Notes: a model not told the origin generated them from the sequence alone. 64,000 nucleotides of DNA from Paramoeba atlantica (GCA_977017575.1 CDRNVI010000029.1:806001-870000); one strand, 5' to 3'. Shown: positions 32,095 through 42,881, numbered from the stretch's first letter. Numbers and translations: made by a program.

Positions 32095-33390
32095 TCAATC
32101 ACCGGATAAGAGCCATGGGAAGTATCTCTTGGGTTTACTTTTCCCTAGCGCACTTTCATTAGTACCCAAATTTGTAGCGTACGTAAGGGCATAATGTTCG
32201 TGTAGCAAGTTCCATTCTTCCATTTCATCCAAATGTTCGATTGAATTTATGTATTGGAGAAGAGCTGGATTGTTCCTAAAAAGATTCTCCGCGTATTCCT
32301 TGAGATCTGAGGATATCGCTTCAGCCCAACCTGCCCTTCGAAATCTGTCTTCTAGGAGAAAGGGATTATTCCCAGATACAGTAGACAACAAAGGACAACC
32401 TTTGATTTCAAGAGCTCCGCACCGCTTCCTACCAAATGCGTCTTCGTTTCGAATAGGATCATACGATATTATTGAACTCTCAAGAAAGTTCGTTTGCAAC
32501 ATTTGTAGCAAAGAATCAACCACAGCAGAATCCAAATAAGAAAGGACGCATTCAAAGATAAACAAAGTTGGACGACCCCAGTCAAGGAAAGCACCAAGTA
32601 TTTTACCCATACACGAAACATATCGCATATCCGAGGAAAGATAGATGAGTGATGTTCCCTTAACATTTTTGTGACTTTCAAACTCAGAATCAGTCTCGTT
32701 TCGGTATCCGTTGTTTATAGATGTATACGAGGAAAAATCTTGATCCTTTGTTACCTCGGCGGATGCCTCGCAAATACGTACGTGATTTTTAAGAAGAAGA
32801 GCAAGCACTGTTTCACTTCTCTGAAGTATCTCTTTTTTCTTATCAAGTACTTCCTTAAAATCTACATCAACCCAACAGACGCCGTCAGGCAGAGGGGACT
32901 CATGTGATGACAAATGGGACTCTTCCATGTTAGTGACTGTTTTATTTCTTTCTCTCGCTTCAAGAAGCGCGAAGAATAACGTATCATAGCCGCAACCAAA
33001 GTTCACTACTTGACACTGTGTAGAATGGTTTTTGAGAAAATGTGAAACTGCGGAGTGAACAGCCATAGTGCGAAGCCAATACCCGCGATTCATCACCGGC
33101 GAATTTCCTCTTGCGCTTACTAAGGGTCTGGATATAGAATTTAAATGAGTCGATTGCTCAGAATTCTGTGTGCCTCCAATCGATGTTGCAGTAAATTCTA
33201 TGTTCGACTTTCCGTATTTCGAGACTCCTACGTGTTGTGAAATGTTTTGCTCAGCGTTCAATTCTCCAAGAGGATTGGTTGCGACGTATTCGAACAAACG
33301 TAAGTATGGATCATTCCAATACCCACGTGCGATAGCTCTTATTTTGCTTGCAGTGGAGTCATCATTGGTAGACTGAACTAGATGAGTCAT
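32095..33390 (-). CDS. LCMT1: Leucine carboxyl methyltransferase 1 (PP2A methyltransferase, PPM1-like)
   Basis: VQSTNDDSTASK..GYWNDPY; SPVMNRGYWLR; VVNFGCGYDT; FECVLSY; LDEMEEWNLLHEHY. Confidence 0.93.
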   Translation of the reverse strand: MTHLVQSTNDDSTASKIRAIARGYWNDPYLRLFEYVATNPLGELNAEQNISQHVGVSKYGKSNIEFTATSIGGTQNSEQSTHLNSISRPLVSARGNSPVMNRGYWLRTMAVHSAVSHFLKNHSTQCQVVNFGCGYDTLFFALLEARERNKTVTNMEESHLSSHESPLPDGVCWVDVDFKEVLDKKKEILQRSETVLALLLKNHVRICEASAEVTKDQDFSSYTSINNGYRNETDSEFESHKNVKGTSLIYLSSDMRYVSCMGKILGAFLDWGRPTLFIFECVLSYLDSAVVDSLLQMLQTNFLESSIISYDPIRNEDAFGRKRCGALEIKGCPLLSTVSGNNPFLLEDRFRRAGWAEAISSDLKEYAENLFRNNPALLQYINSIEHLDEMEEWNLLHEHYALTYATNLGTNESALGKSKPKRYFPWLLSGD

Positions 33391-33825
33391 AAGAACTGTG
33401 CGAGATGAGATAGAACAATTGTTTCAAGCATCTCCTGGAAGCCAAAGATACTTAGTATATTGGTGACACGGGCAATAATTGGGAAGTACGATGCGAAATC
33501 GTATTGCGAGAGTTTATCACCCGGAAGATCATGTCTTTTCGCCACAATAACTCGAAAAAAACTAGAAATATACAGACAAAAACCAGAAACATACATGTAC
33601 ATGTATGTTTGTGCTGCAGACACATTAGTTGTGCTATTATCAAAATAATTTTATTGTTTAACTATGATCTAGTCAAGTTTACGAAAACAGCATCTGGAAT
33701 CAGAAGTATAATATTGCCTTTTGATACAATATCAATATATTACATTGTGGTCGATGATGTACGTTCGATTTGATAATCTTATAAAAATATTACTAGTGTG
33801 TATACATGTAGCATCTTATCACGAT

Positions 33826-34662
33826 TCAATCTAAGTGGTCTTCACCAGCATCTGTACCTCTCTTGAGTTGCTTCATATAGAACTGAGCTACGCTTGCACG
33901 GGCAACCTTATTACGCTTTTCAAATAAACTCCGCTGATTATCTCGACGTTCCACATGTTTCGGGGGAGCCAACTTAAAAGGAAGAATAAAGCGCGCGGCT
34001 TCCCAAAAGTACTTACACTTCTCACCCAATTCAAGAGCGTGAATTAAATCTTCTACGCACAACAAACCGTATGCCTCCAAGTGATTCTCCACAACTAAGT
34101 TATTGTCAAGCGGGAGCAAATTTCCCTTGTCATCGCGATATCGCGCGTGATGCTTAACTAAATCACTGAGTTGTTCCTGTGAAAGAGAACCCGCGAGCAC
34201 GTAATCCTGCAATACATGCATGTCTTCCGCAACGTCTTTCGTGGAAGGAAGTATAACTGCGTCGTGAAGCTGGGACAAGCGATATTTTTCTAATAGAATC
34301 TTCGTAATGCGGCTGACATCTGTGGAGCCTTTGGTTCGAACTGCCAGCAATGCTCCTCCAGTCACCGGTGTCTCCAATGTTGCCTTTTCCAAATGCTTTA
34401 CTCGCATGTTGACTTTGCGCTCCAAGCGCTCTCTGCGTGACGCATTCAGCATAAACTCTTTCGCGGATCGGAGTCGCTTCTGCTTGGTTCCCGCCACAGC
34501 TTTTTTAGCGGTGTAGTGAGGTCGGGACAACTGATGGGAGCGGATTGCGTTTCGTATTTTCTGGTTCCGGTGTTCCTCGATTGATTTGCGACGCTGAAGT
34601 ATGGTTACACGTACTCTCTCCCCTTCGCCCGCACCAATGTGCTTCGGGATGTTTTTTCCCAT
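33826..34662 (-). CDS. RLP7: Ribosome biogenesis protein RLP7/RPL7-like (uL30 fold)
   Basis: LLEKYRLSQLHDAV; DNNLVVENHLEAYGLLCVEDLIHAL; FILPFKLAPP; divergent from ribosomal L7 itself. Confidence 0.8.
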   Translation of the reverse strand: MGKNIPKHIGAGEGERVRVTILQRRKSIEEHRNQKIRNAIRSHQLSRPHYTAKKAVAGTKQKRLRSAKEFMLNASRRERLERKVNMRVKHLEKATLETPVTGGALLAVRTKGSTDVSRITKILLEKYRLSQLHDAVILPSTKDVAEDMHVLQDYVLAGSLSQEQLSDLVKHHARYRDDKGNLLPLDNNLVVENHLEAYGLLCVEDLIHALELGEKCKYFWEAARFILPFKLAPPKHVERRDNQRSLFEKRNKVARASVAQFYMKQLKRGTDAGEDHLD

Positions 34663-34905
34663 TGTAAGAAATGCAAGTAGTGAAAATCAAGGAAAGCGGA
34701 ATAATGTTAGGAATATTCAAATCATCAAGATATATGGCATATTATATGATATAAGAATCAAAAAGTTTACCTTTCCGAAATATTAGTTCCCGAAAATGAG
34801 TCATTCAGTTCAACGAACAAGGTTACTGTTTGCAGGCTCATATGTTCCCAACCATTAAGGCTGAGCTTGGGCCAAATCTGAGCATGTGATAAAGCTGAGT
34901 CATAG

Positions 34906-36822
34906 CAGAGGTCCCTAAAACTATATATAGATAGTTTATAGTGCTTCAAGAAAATTTATAAACCACCGTCCGGGTTATTATACCTAGGAGGTATAATAAG
35001 TGTCCCTAGGTATAATAACTTTGCTTTGCAAAAATGGGTAAAAAAAACTTCGCGGCGCGTTCTTTTTCGTATTCCCCACAACGTGTTATGATCCATTTGC
35101 AAGTTTCCCTATTGCGCCTGGGGAAACGTGCGCGAGTGTGGGAGGGAGTTTATTTTCTGGGGCTTTCCGGGGTAAAAGAACATGAAATGCCATGAATACA
35201 TATTTTTTCGTGGATACTATACCCCAACTCGTCAAAACTCTTGACAATGTCAATCTGATTTCTTGGTAAGTTTTCCTCATCAAACGCAACATTGAAATTT
35301 ACGAGCAGTGAGGGGAAAAGATTGTGTTGCTTCGTAGTCGACAACAAAGAGCATGCACCAGCATGCTTTTACGTGTCCAGGCGAAGAATTAATACTTTCG
35401 GAGTGTTAGAGTTTAATTAACCCTTTCGGGGTGTTAATGTATGTTAGGGCGATCGTCCGTAATCCCGTCTTTGTGGCATAAATCAGGGAGGCAATCAGAA
35501 AAATTGTGAAAAATGATGCGGTAGGGGGCAGGGGGAGGTATAATAAGGACCCTAGGGACACTTATTATACCTAGGAGGTACAATATGTGTTCCTAGGTAT
35601 AATAACCCGGACGGTGGTTTAGTACTATAAACCTCGTTTATAGTACTATAAACACTATATAGTATTATAAAAACTATATGGTGTTTATCAGTGTTTCATG
35701 TCCAGGAGGGCGCTCGGTAGACAGATCCGTCGATGGACCTGGAGGAATTTCGCAGGGAAGGAGAGAGCCGATGGAGGTGTAGAGGCTTAGAGGTCACGAG
35801 ATGTCAGGTGGAGCAAGTGGTGTGGATACGCTGACGCGTAGAAAAAAGTGAAAAGAGTTCTAGTTTTTGTACAGAAATGGAAAAAGACGGGATCCTATAG
35901 CTCACAACAAGTTCTTCCCATAATGCTCTTTCCTTGTAGCGTGCAAACCGCCTTACAGTTGTACCTTGTTGTCATACTACAACACGTTCTCAGACGGCCG
36001 CAGAGGTCGCGATGCGGCAGGAACAGATGAGTTCTCATCCAGAGGAACAAGTGGACGAGACATTACCAATCTATCCGTCTTCTCACAAGCGCAGAGCGAC
36101 GCGACAACGCTCGCGTTCTGTTCCTCGTCTATCTAATCCTTTTACCCGAGTTGTAGAGGAGGAAATCCCGCAAACAAGCGTTCCAGACCCAAGATTGCAC
36201 TCAGCGAACCAAATGGTGGAAGTATTTGGTGGTCTCTGTTGGAGGCGCTTGTTAGTTGGAGGCGCTTCTTAAGAACCAGCAGGAGCAGCAGTCTCTTTGG
36301 GAGCGGCGTAGCGCCCAAGCAAGTGAACGGTTTGAGACGCTTTAAGTAAAATACGGATCGGATCTTCGCTCCACGGCGGTGAACGGGCGCATATGGCATC
36401 AACTCCCGGCACACCGGGAGATCAACCTTTGACACTGGACAAAGTCCGGGATGAAGTGCGAAAGATAAAAGATCTCTTGGATGATTATGTCGTGGAATTG
36501 AAGGTAACCTGGTATTGGACAGGAGAGTCCCCAGCGTGTGCACAAACATGGAGAGGCGTGGCACACACGACGGGTCCTTGCTGGTGCCTGAGAAGGATTA
36601 TGATGTGTTGGAAAATCGTCTCCGTGTGGGATTACGTATGCCGACTACATTAACTCCGGAATTGGAGGATAATATCATTGGAGGATAATATTGGAAAATT
36701 AAAATTCCAGGATCCAAGATTAAAATTTACTAAGAAAAATAGTAAAAAAATATAGTTATTATATATAATGTTTCAGAGTTTATAGTACTATAAAATAGTT
36801 ATTGTAGTTTTACTGACCTCTG
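34906..36822. mobile_element. Complete non-autonomous hAT-like element, copy 2, with a nested MITE
   Basis: Termini CAGAGGTC(cc/ag)TAAAACTA, an 18-bp TIR with 2 mismatches; identical 8-bp TSD AGTCATAG at 34898-34905 and 36823-36830. No transposase recognised. Confidence 0.9.
34961..35619. mobile_element. 659-bp MITE with TA TSD, inserted in the hAT-like element
   Basis: Perfect 29-bp TIR aaccaccgtccgggttattatacctagga; TA at 34959-60 and 35620-21. The empty site is visible in copy 1 at 9471-9490 (agaaaatgtg-ta-gtacta). Confidence 0.93.
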
Positions 36823-36896
36823 AGTCATAGTGTTAGTCTTTTCAGGACAAATAGCACAAATAATGATAATCCACAAAATCCAATGTCGAAGCACCC

Positions 36897-37565
36897 TTAA
36901 TTTGCCTTTTTTCTTCTCTTATCAAATTTTCCCATAGAAGCAGTGGCAATATTTTTTTCTGTATGAGCAATCGCTCTTAGCTTTTCGGCATCCCGTGACT
37001 TCGGTTTGCGATCCTCTGTCCCACTTATTCCCCCACCGGCACGCTTCTTGTTTTTCAACCTCTTTCCCTCGATCACCTTCTGTTTTCGCTTTTTAGACTG
37101 TGCTTTGTCTAGAAAAGGATCTCCCTTCACGGCATTTGGAAGGTATGTCGTCTTTACCTCTTCAGCCCACTCAAACTTCCTATTATGTTGTCGAGCTCGC
37201 TTTCCCCAACGATCTCTCCACTCTTTCGTGTTATCATCCCACATCTTATTTTGTTTTCTTCCCTTTGGTTTAATACCTTTTTTGCGGGCGAATTTTTCCC
37301 ACGCCGTTTCTGTGTGACTTACTTGGGGAATGGGCTTCTCCCGGGGCAATACTTGCACCGGGGAAGGACATGTCACAATCTTGCCCTCCGGCAGAATGCG
37401 GCCTGGTAGTTCGTTGAGTTTATGTGAAAGAGTAGGCAGAGCGCTGCGCAGCGTATCAATCAAAGTCTTGTCGAAATCTGCGGCATGAGGGTCTGTAGAA
37501 ACACCAGGACAATACCCGCAAAGGTTGCCGACATCGAATTCAACAGCACTGGGCAACTCCGTCAT
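36897..37565 (-). CDS. RRS1: Ribosome biogenesis regulatory protein RRS1
   Basis: FDVGNL; LPREKPIP..TAWEKFARKKGIKPK..WDDNTKEWRDRWG. Confidence 0.95.
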   Translation of the reverse strand: MTELPSAVEFDVGNLCGYCPGVSTDPHAADFDKTLIDTLRSALPTLSHKLNELPGRILPEGKIVTCPSPVQVLPREKPIPQVSHTETAWEKFARKKGIKPKGRKQNKMWDDNTKEWRDRWGKRARQHNRKFEWAEEVKTTYLPNAVKGDPFLDKAQSKKRKQKVIEGKRLKNKKRAGGGISGTEDRKPKSRDAEKLRAIAHTEKNIATASMGKFDKRRKKAN

Positions 37566-37765
37566 AATATACTACGTAAATGAAAAAAGGGTTCGAAAAT
37601 GTACAGAGCGTTTTTCAACCAAATCAAGTTCTACGGAGTAAAGCACATCACTTCAAACGTCAAAAACACGAAGAACAAGAACGTACTAAAACTATTTTCT
37701 CCAATAAAACCCACAATCAAAATCAACCCTTTTCACCAACCCTATCCCCCCTTTCCTACCTTCCC

Positions 37766-38929
37766 TTACTCCTCCCCTTCTCCCTCCCCTTCCCCCTCCT
37801 CCCCCTCCCCCACCGCCACCCACCTCTCCTCCCACACCCCCGTCCCCTCACACTCCATCGCATCCTCCCGCCCCCCCCGCGGCCGCAGCCCAAACCCGCT
37901 CTCCGACACCCCCCGCACCACCCCCAGCCCCCGCCCCAGCGTGCTGAGCACCACACTTCGGGGATCCGACACCGAGACGACCTCGGCGCGTATCGAGTCC
38001 CCGGGGCGGAAGCACGAACTCAGGGGGCAGTGCGTCGTAGCACTACTACTAGCACTCCCCCCTCCCCTGCCGCCCCCCGCGACCCCCACCGGGACGTCCG
38101 GCCGTACCTCCTCGGGGCGCAGCACGGCGTGGTGGGGGAAGGGGAGGGGGGCGCCGCGCAGGGTGGTGAGGTCGACGAACACGGCGGTGCGGGTGACCCG
38201 GGTGACGGTGCCGGTGACGGGGTCGTGCAGGGCGGGGAGGAGGGCGTCGAGGGGGGGAGGGGGGAGGGCGAGGGGGGTAGAGGGAGGGGGGAGGGGGGGA
38301 GAGGGGGCCGTGGGTGAAGGCGTAGAGCCGTGGGAAGGCACCGTGGTGGAGGGCGCATTGGAGCCGTGAGTAGGCACAGGGGTAGAGGGAGCAGTAGAGC
38401 CGTGAGAAGGGACAGGGGTAGAGGGGGGATTAGAGCCGGTAAAGGGGACGCCGGTAGAGGGGGGGTTAGAGCTGTTAGAGGGGGCAGGGGTAGAGGACGT
38501 GTTCGTAGGCAGAACGGGAGAGGACAGCGAAGTAGCCGTGGTAGAAGAGGCTTTAGGGGGGAAAGCGGGAGCGGAGGACGAGTTAGAGGGAACAGCGGTG
38601 GAGAGAGCTGCAGGGGAGGTGGAGGGAACCGGGATAGCGGGAGGGGTAGAGGCGTTGGAGTAGGAGGTGACAAGCGTTGTGCCGGATGGGAGAGAAAGGG
38701 AGTCGTTGTATAATGCAAACCGAGCCGGTCGGGAGAGTGGACGTACGGAGATTGTGGTGGAAGGAGACGAAGAGGAGGGGGAGGAAGCATCGGGGAGTAG
38801 AAGTAGACCGAGCCTCGCGGAGAGGAGATGGGAACCGTAGGGGTAGACGCCTTCACCGCAGGTGAGTTGGGAGGCGTCGCCGAGGGGGGTTCCGGGGAAG
38901 ACAAGGGTATGGTGGGGGAGGAAGGCCAT
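37766..38929 (-). CDS. CSL4: Exosome cap subunit CSL4 with a long S/P/T-rich insertion
   Basis: N-domain VFPGTPLG..GEGVY; S1 domain VTGTVTRVT..CFRPGDSIRAEVVS; C-terminal LGVVRGVSESG..MECEGTGVWEERWVA. Confidence 0.88.
   Translation of the reverse strand: MAFLPHHTLVFPGTPLGDASQLTCGEGVYPYGSHLLSARLGLLLLPDASSPSSSSPSTTISVRPLSRPARFALYNDSLSLPSGTTLVTSYSNASTPPAIPVPSTSPAALSTAVPSNSSSAPAFPPKASSTTATSLSSPVLPTNTSSTPAPSNSSNPPSTGVPFTGSNPPSTPVPSHGSTAPSTPVPTHGSNAPSTTVPSHGSTPSPTAPSPPLPPPSTPLALPPPPLDALLPALHDPVTGTVTRVTRTAVFVDLTTLRGAPLPFPHHAVLRPEEVRPDVPVGVAGGGRGGGSASSSATTHCPLSSCFRPGDSIRAEVVSVSDPRSVVLSTLGRGLGVVRGVSESGFGLRPRGGREDAMECEGTGVWEERWVAVGEGEEGEGEGEGEE
38320..38463 (-). repeat. Four 36-bp (12-aa) tandem repeats, PSTPVPxHGSxx, inside CSL4
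   Basis: PSTGVPFTGSNP PSTPVPSHGSTA PSTPVPTHGSNA PSTTVPSHGSTP. Confidence 0.9.
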
Positions 38930-39344
38930 AGGAAAAAATGGGATGGTGGATGAAACGGTGTAGGAACAGACAGAAGGTTCTGTGTATAAAAACTCGATTG
39001 TTGTTTGATTATTGGATTGTACGAAGATGTTTTCAAAATACTGAGCTTGTTATAATTGCTCTATAATATAAGTCGTATATGTTTTAATGATTGGTCTGTT
39101 GACGTACTAGCCTTTGTCGGTTCTAAACCGATAAGAGTGAATGAACAGGTTTCTTTGAAAGATTTTCTGTTGCTGCACAAATGTACTAATCAGCACCCAC
39201 AAGATAAATTCCATGGATGACTGCATGCTATGATATTCCAAACGTACAATATTCATGTAAGAATTTCGCGAATCTGACAACCAAGTATTCTAGAATGTTT
39301 AAACTCGTTGAATTTTATCAAACTCAGTATCCTTGAAGTTTGCA

Positions 39345-42300
39345 TTACGATATTGCTTTTCGACGTCGCTGGACTTTTTTGTGACTAACCGACTCTACGC
39401 GAGGAGAATCAGTTAAGAACGCGTGCAGCGTGGAGGCCAGTGACTTATCCCTACCTGGAGACATTACAGGGACCAAAGAACGCATTACAGGAGAGACGCC
39501 CTCTTGTACCTTCGATATACTTTTCTCCTGTAGCTGTTCACGATGCCGGCGTGCCCATACACCCACCGGAGAGGCCTCTACAACACCTGATTTATTTGAC
39601 AACGTTCTTTTAGCGGGTGCTATGTGATTCGCCTTTGTAGGCCCCCGAGGCTTGCTTCTTGAGGTCTTGGACTTATTATTTGCTGTAGCTACGAGCGAAG
39701 GAGATGCGGAATGTTTATGCGAAGGATTCAAGCGGTTTTGAGTTGAAGAAAGGGGAGTATTGACATCTGCTTGTGATTGTGAGAGTCGTCGTTTTGGTAA
39801 AAGAGCGACTGTATCTGTGGGCAGTGTGTTGGCGATTTCTTTTTGCTTCGTAGCAGGTGATCGACGTGTTAAAACGGGCGTGACATTGCGGAGAAGAGTT
39901 CGCGATGTGGGTGAAGATTGGAGTGTACGGTCCAATTTTTTAGTCTTTTCTAGAGGTTTGTTTGCAGACTTTCTGGTACTGGCACAGATTCCACGTGTTG
40001 CAGTTTTGCGCAGACGAGGAGGAGTGGATAATTTGGCTCTCGCCGTTGTGGGAAGGTTGTCTGCACCCGATTTTGATTCCCGATTTTTAGACCTCACATC
40101 CTTTGGACCTTTCTGATGCGTCAAGCCGGTCCTAGACTTGGATCGCTTTGACTCCTTCTGTTTTTCGTAGGAGCGCGAGCGATTGCGTTTTTGTGAACGA
40201 GAAACAGAGATCGAGGCTTTAAATAAAGATTTATGTTTTGTTACGCTGCGCGTGCCTAATTCAGTTTTTGAAGTCGGTAAAACGTTCTTTCTGGATGACC
40301 CTTTAGATTCTGCTCTGGCCTTTACACGCGCTGCAATAGAGTGTGCATTCAAAGGTGACGAATGTATCACGGAGGGAGAAACCGAACTACGTTTGCTTTT
40401 ACCTTTGACAGGCGATGGGCTGCGACTGTTACTTTCAACGGGTGTACTTCCGTCTGAAATTGTGGAAAATGTTTGCGAAAATACGTCTAGCTCAAGAGCG
40501 CTGGTTTCAAGAGCTTCGTCGGTAATACACATCGGAGCTGAGGAATTTTTTTCGAGGACGGATTCGCGATTTGTGCTACAGACATGCGCAGAGGAACCTG
40601 GAAAAGCATTTTTTTTTGTAGAGAGCAATGCAGAACTGGCGTTCAATTTGGTTGATAAACCAGTGCGAGTGTTCAATGCTTTGCGCCCAGGGTTGGATCT
40701 GCTAGATTTATTTTTTCCAGTAGTCTTGGCTAGGACTTTCCCGCTCTTCTTTGATGAAATACTTGGAGATTGTTCTATAAGCATGCTGATGTTATGAAGT
40801 ACACTAAATCCAGAATCCATTTCAGGGGGTGGTACTTCCGCACTTCTTTCTGGCAATTCTATTGACACACTGTGATTATAAGATGCATGCTCCATTGCGA
40901 TATCGGAACTTAGTGGCAGTGAAAGACTTTTTTGTCCGAATGCTCGCAGTTGTGCACTTAGGGCCCGAACTTCATGTTCACGTCCGGCAACTCTGCTGTG
41001 TATTAAAGAGAGCTCTGTAGTCATTTTTTCACTTTCTTGCGTGTATTGACCAGTAAGCGGGTCATTAGAGGGGTTCAAATCCCTACCTAATGATCTGGCC
41101 CGAGTATAGGTCTCACGTAATTGATGTAGGGTTCGAGTCTTGCGTTCGACATCCTGAACAAAATTATGAGGATGTACCATAGCGTGCTCTTTTTCAGATG
41201 CTTCTGTAGCTTCCATGTGCTTTTGACGCTTTGCTCGATGCTCGATCTCGTCTTCTCTTGTTCTTATGGACTTTTCCTGGGCTGCAGTAACTGCGTCAAT
41301 CCAATGTTGCTTTCGAGTATTCGTAAGTGCCAATGCTTCAGCATTCACTGATGTCGCATGTTCGTACTCTATACGAGTTCTCTTGCGATCTCCTCGAATA
41401 GTATCAAGATCTTTTTGGCATTTTGCCAGGATATCTTGTGATTCTCTCCCTTGTTCCAAAACTCGGAGCAATTGATTTTTCCGCTCAGCGACTTCTTTTT
41501 GAGTCAAGCGGTGGGTACAGTATTCATCAAACAGTGTTTTAGCAATTGCATTAAGTTGCACGGTAGCCTTTTCTTTTACTTCCACCAGACTATGAACAAG
41601 TGAGGCTCTGAAAAAATTGCGTCGAAGAGATGTGAAACGCAGAGCTCCGCTTAAAGCTCCTCTCCATCCCGCGGCAACACCGCTAGCGTACGTATGCCGT
41701 AACCGTGCCTGCACACTTTGAGCATACTCTGGGAATGTTCCCAAACCGTCTCGAATGCGTGCCAAGACCCTTGAGTAATTTATGGAAACATACAGTCGAG
41801 CGTCACGTAACGTTGTCAGATGACGTAGCGTATTAAGTGTCATGCCGACCGAGCGCGACTCATTCGCAATGCTCACTATGGTGGTGAATAATCCCCCACC
41901 AAGAAGGATATGAGAGCAAAGTTTTTCTATTGCATGAAGTGGACGCTTCATATTAAAATCTTTATTTTCTGAATCAACAGCAGTCCCTCCAGGAGCAGTC
42001 AGAATTCCAGTCGACTGTGAAGGAGTCAATATTTGTTTGGAATCAAGGGTACCATGCTCCACTAAAGATTCCATTGAGCTCCAAAACACGTCGATTAAAT
42101 GCCGAGAAGGGTTGCCTTGCCACACCTTAGTATGAGACTCTTTATCAGAAAGTTGGGGAATATAGGCCAACGTAAGTGTAGACCGTGCATCGCGTCCCTG
42201 TTCTATTGCTTGCAGAATCTCAACAACAATAAGGATGGCGCCTGTTTCTCGGGATTCTGCTTCATACTTTTCATCAGCGCCAGGTACGTTCTCTGTTGCT

Positions 42301-42881
42301 AAAAAGGAAGTGAAGAAATGATGCAAATCCTGCGCACAGCTCAATTCTTGGTAGTCCTCATGTGACGCAAACAATCCATGATTGGTATGCCACAAGTCAA
42401 GATCAACAGCTTCTGGATTCTGTTTTCCATATAAACTAGTATGAAGAACTGAAGAGTTTACGTTTCGCTTTTTACGCAATGTAGTATCCCGGATAGTAAG
42501 AACTTCATTGTCCGGAGTAATATGGAGGGCTGCTGCCGAGCAGTAGCGCTCTGCTGCATCTGGTGCGGTGACAATTGTACGCAAAGAGTTCTTGCATAAC
42601 GCCAGGAAAATTTCGGGTGTCTCGGTAGAGCTCCCAAGAAATACAAGCGAGACGTTTACGCCGCATAGAGCATGCTTCACTTTCCGTTCCAAGACTTCAC
42701 GGTACAGATTGGGAACCGCATCAGAAGTTGTTATGTTTGGATAAATGGCTCCAGGAGCAAAACTTTCCGCTTCAGAACCCTTCAGTTTAAGCGTATGAGA
42801 ACCAATTTTACTCCAAACTGGCTCTTGTTGAGCGCGACGATTCAGAAGTACCGCAACATCAACGGTGCCGTGGTTAGTCAT
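39345..42881 (-). CDS. 1178-aa protein: degenerate kinesin-motor-like N-terminus, coiled coil, basic S/K/R-rich tail
   Basis: ALCGVNVSLVFLGSS (position of GxN..FAYGQTGSGKT), AILIVVEILQ..STLTLAYIP, HILLGGGLFTTIVSI..TLNTLRH follow kinesin motif order, but the P-loop and DLAGSE are absent. Confidence 0.55.
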   Translation of the reverse strand: MTNHGTVDVAVLLNRRAQQEPVWSKIGSHTLKLKGSEAESFAPGAIYPNITTSDAVPNLYREVLERKVKHALCGVNVSLVFLGSSTETPEIFLALCKNSLRTIVTAPDAAERYCSAAALHITPDNEVLTIRDTTLRKKRNVNSSVLHTSLYGKQNPEAVDLDLWHTNHGLFASHEDYQELSCAQDLHHFFTSFLATENVPGADEKYEAESRETGAILIVVEILQAIEQGRDARSTLTLAYIPQLSDKESHTKVWQGNPSRHLIDVFWSSMESLVEHGTLDSKQILTPSQSTGILTAPGGTAVDSENKDFNMKRPLHAIEKLCSHILLGGGLFTTIVSIANESRSVGMTLNTLRHLTTLRDARLYVSINYSRVLARIRDGLGTFPEYAQSVQARLRHTYASGVAAGWRGALSGALRFTSLRRNFFRASLVHSLVEVKEKATVQLNAIAKTLFDEYCTHRLTQKEVAERKNQLLRVLEQGRESQDILAKCQKDLDTIRGDRKRTRIEYEHATSVNAEALALTNTRKQHWIDAVTAAQEKSIRTREDEIEHRAKRQKHMEATEASEKEHAMVHPHNFVQDVERKTRTLHQLRETYTRARSLGRDLNPSNDPLTGQYTQESEKMTTELSLIHSRVAGREHEVRALSAQLRAFGQKSLSLPLSSDIAMEHASYNHSVSIELPERSAEVPPPEMDSGFSVLHNISMLIEQSPSISSKKSGKVLAKTTGKNKSSRSNPGRKALNTRTGLSTKLNASSALLSTKKNAFPGSSAHVCSTNRESVLEKNSSAPMCITDEALETSALELDVFSQTFSTISDGSTPVESNSRSPSPVKGKSKRSSVSPSVIHSSPLNAHSIAARVKARAESKGSSRKNVLPTSKTELGTRSVTKHKSLFKASISVSRSQKRNRSRSYEKQKESKRSKSRTGLTHQKGPKDVRSKNRESKSGADNLPTTARAKLSTPPRLRKTATRGICASTRKSANKPLEKTKKLDRTLQSSPTSRTLLRNVTPVLTRRSPATKQKEIANTLPTDTVALLPKRRLSQSQADVNTPLSSTQNRLNPSHKHSASPSLVATANNKSKTSRSKPRGPTKANHIAPAKRTLSNKSGVVEASPVGVWARRHREQLQEKSISKVQEGVSPVMRSLVPVMSPGRDKSLASTLHAFLTDSPRVESVSHKKVQRRRKAIS

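Noticed and set aside
37580-39036. 245-338-aa P/G/R-rich ORFs overlapping CSL4
   Set aside because: Alternative frames created by strand skew and a lack of stop codons.
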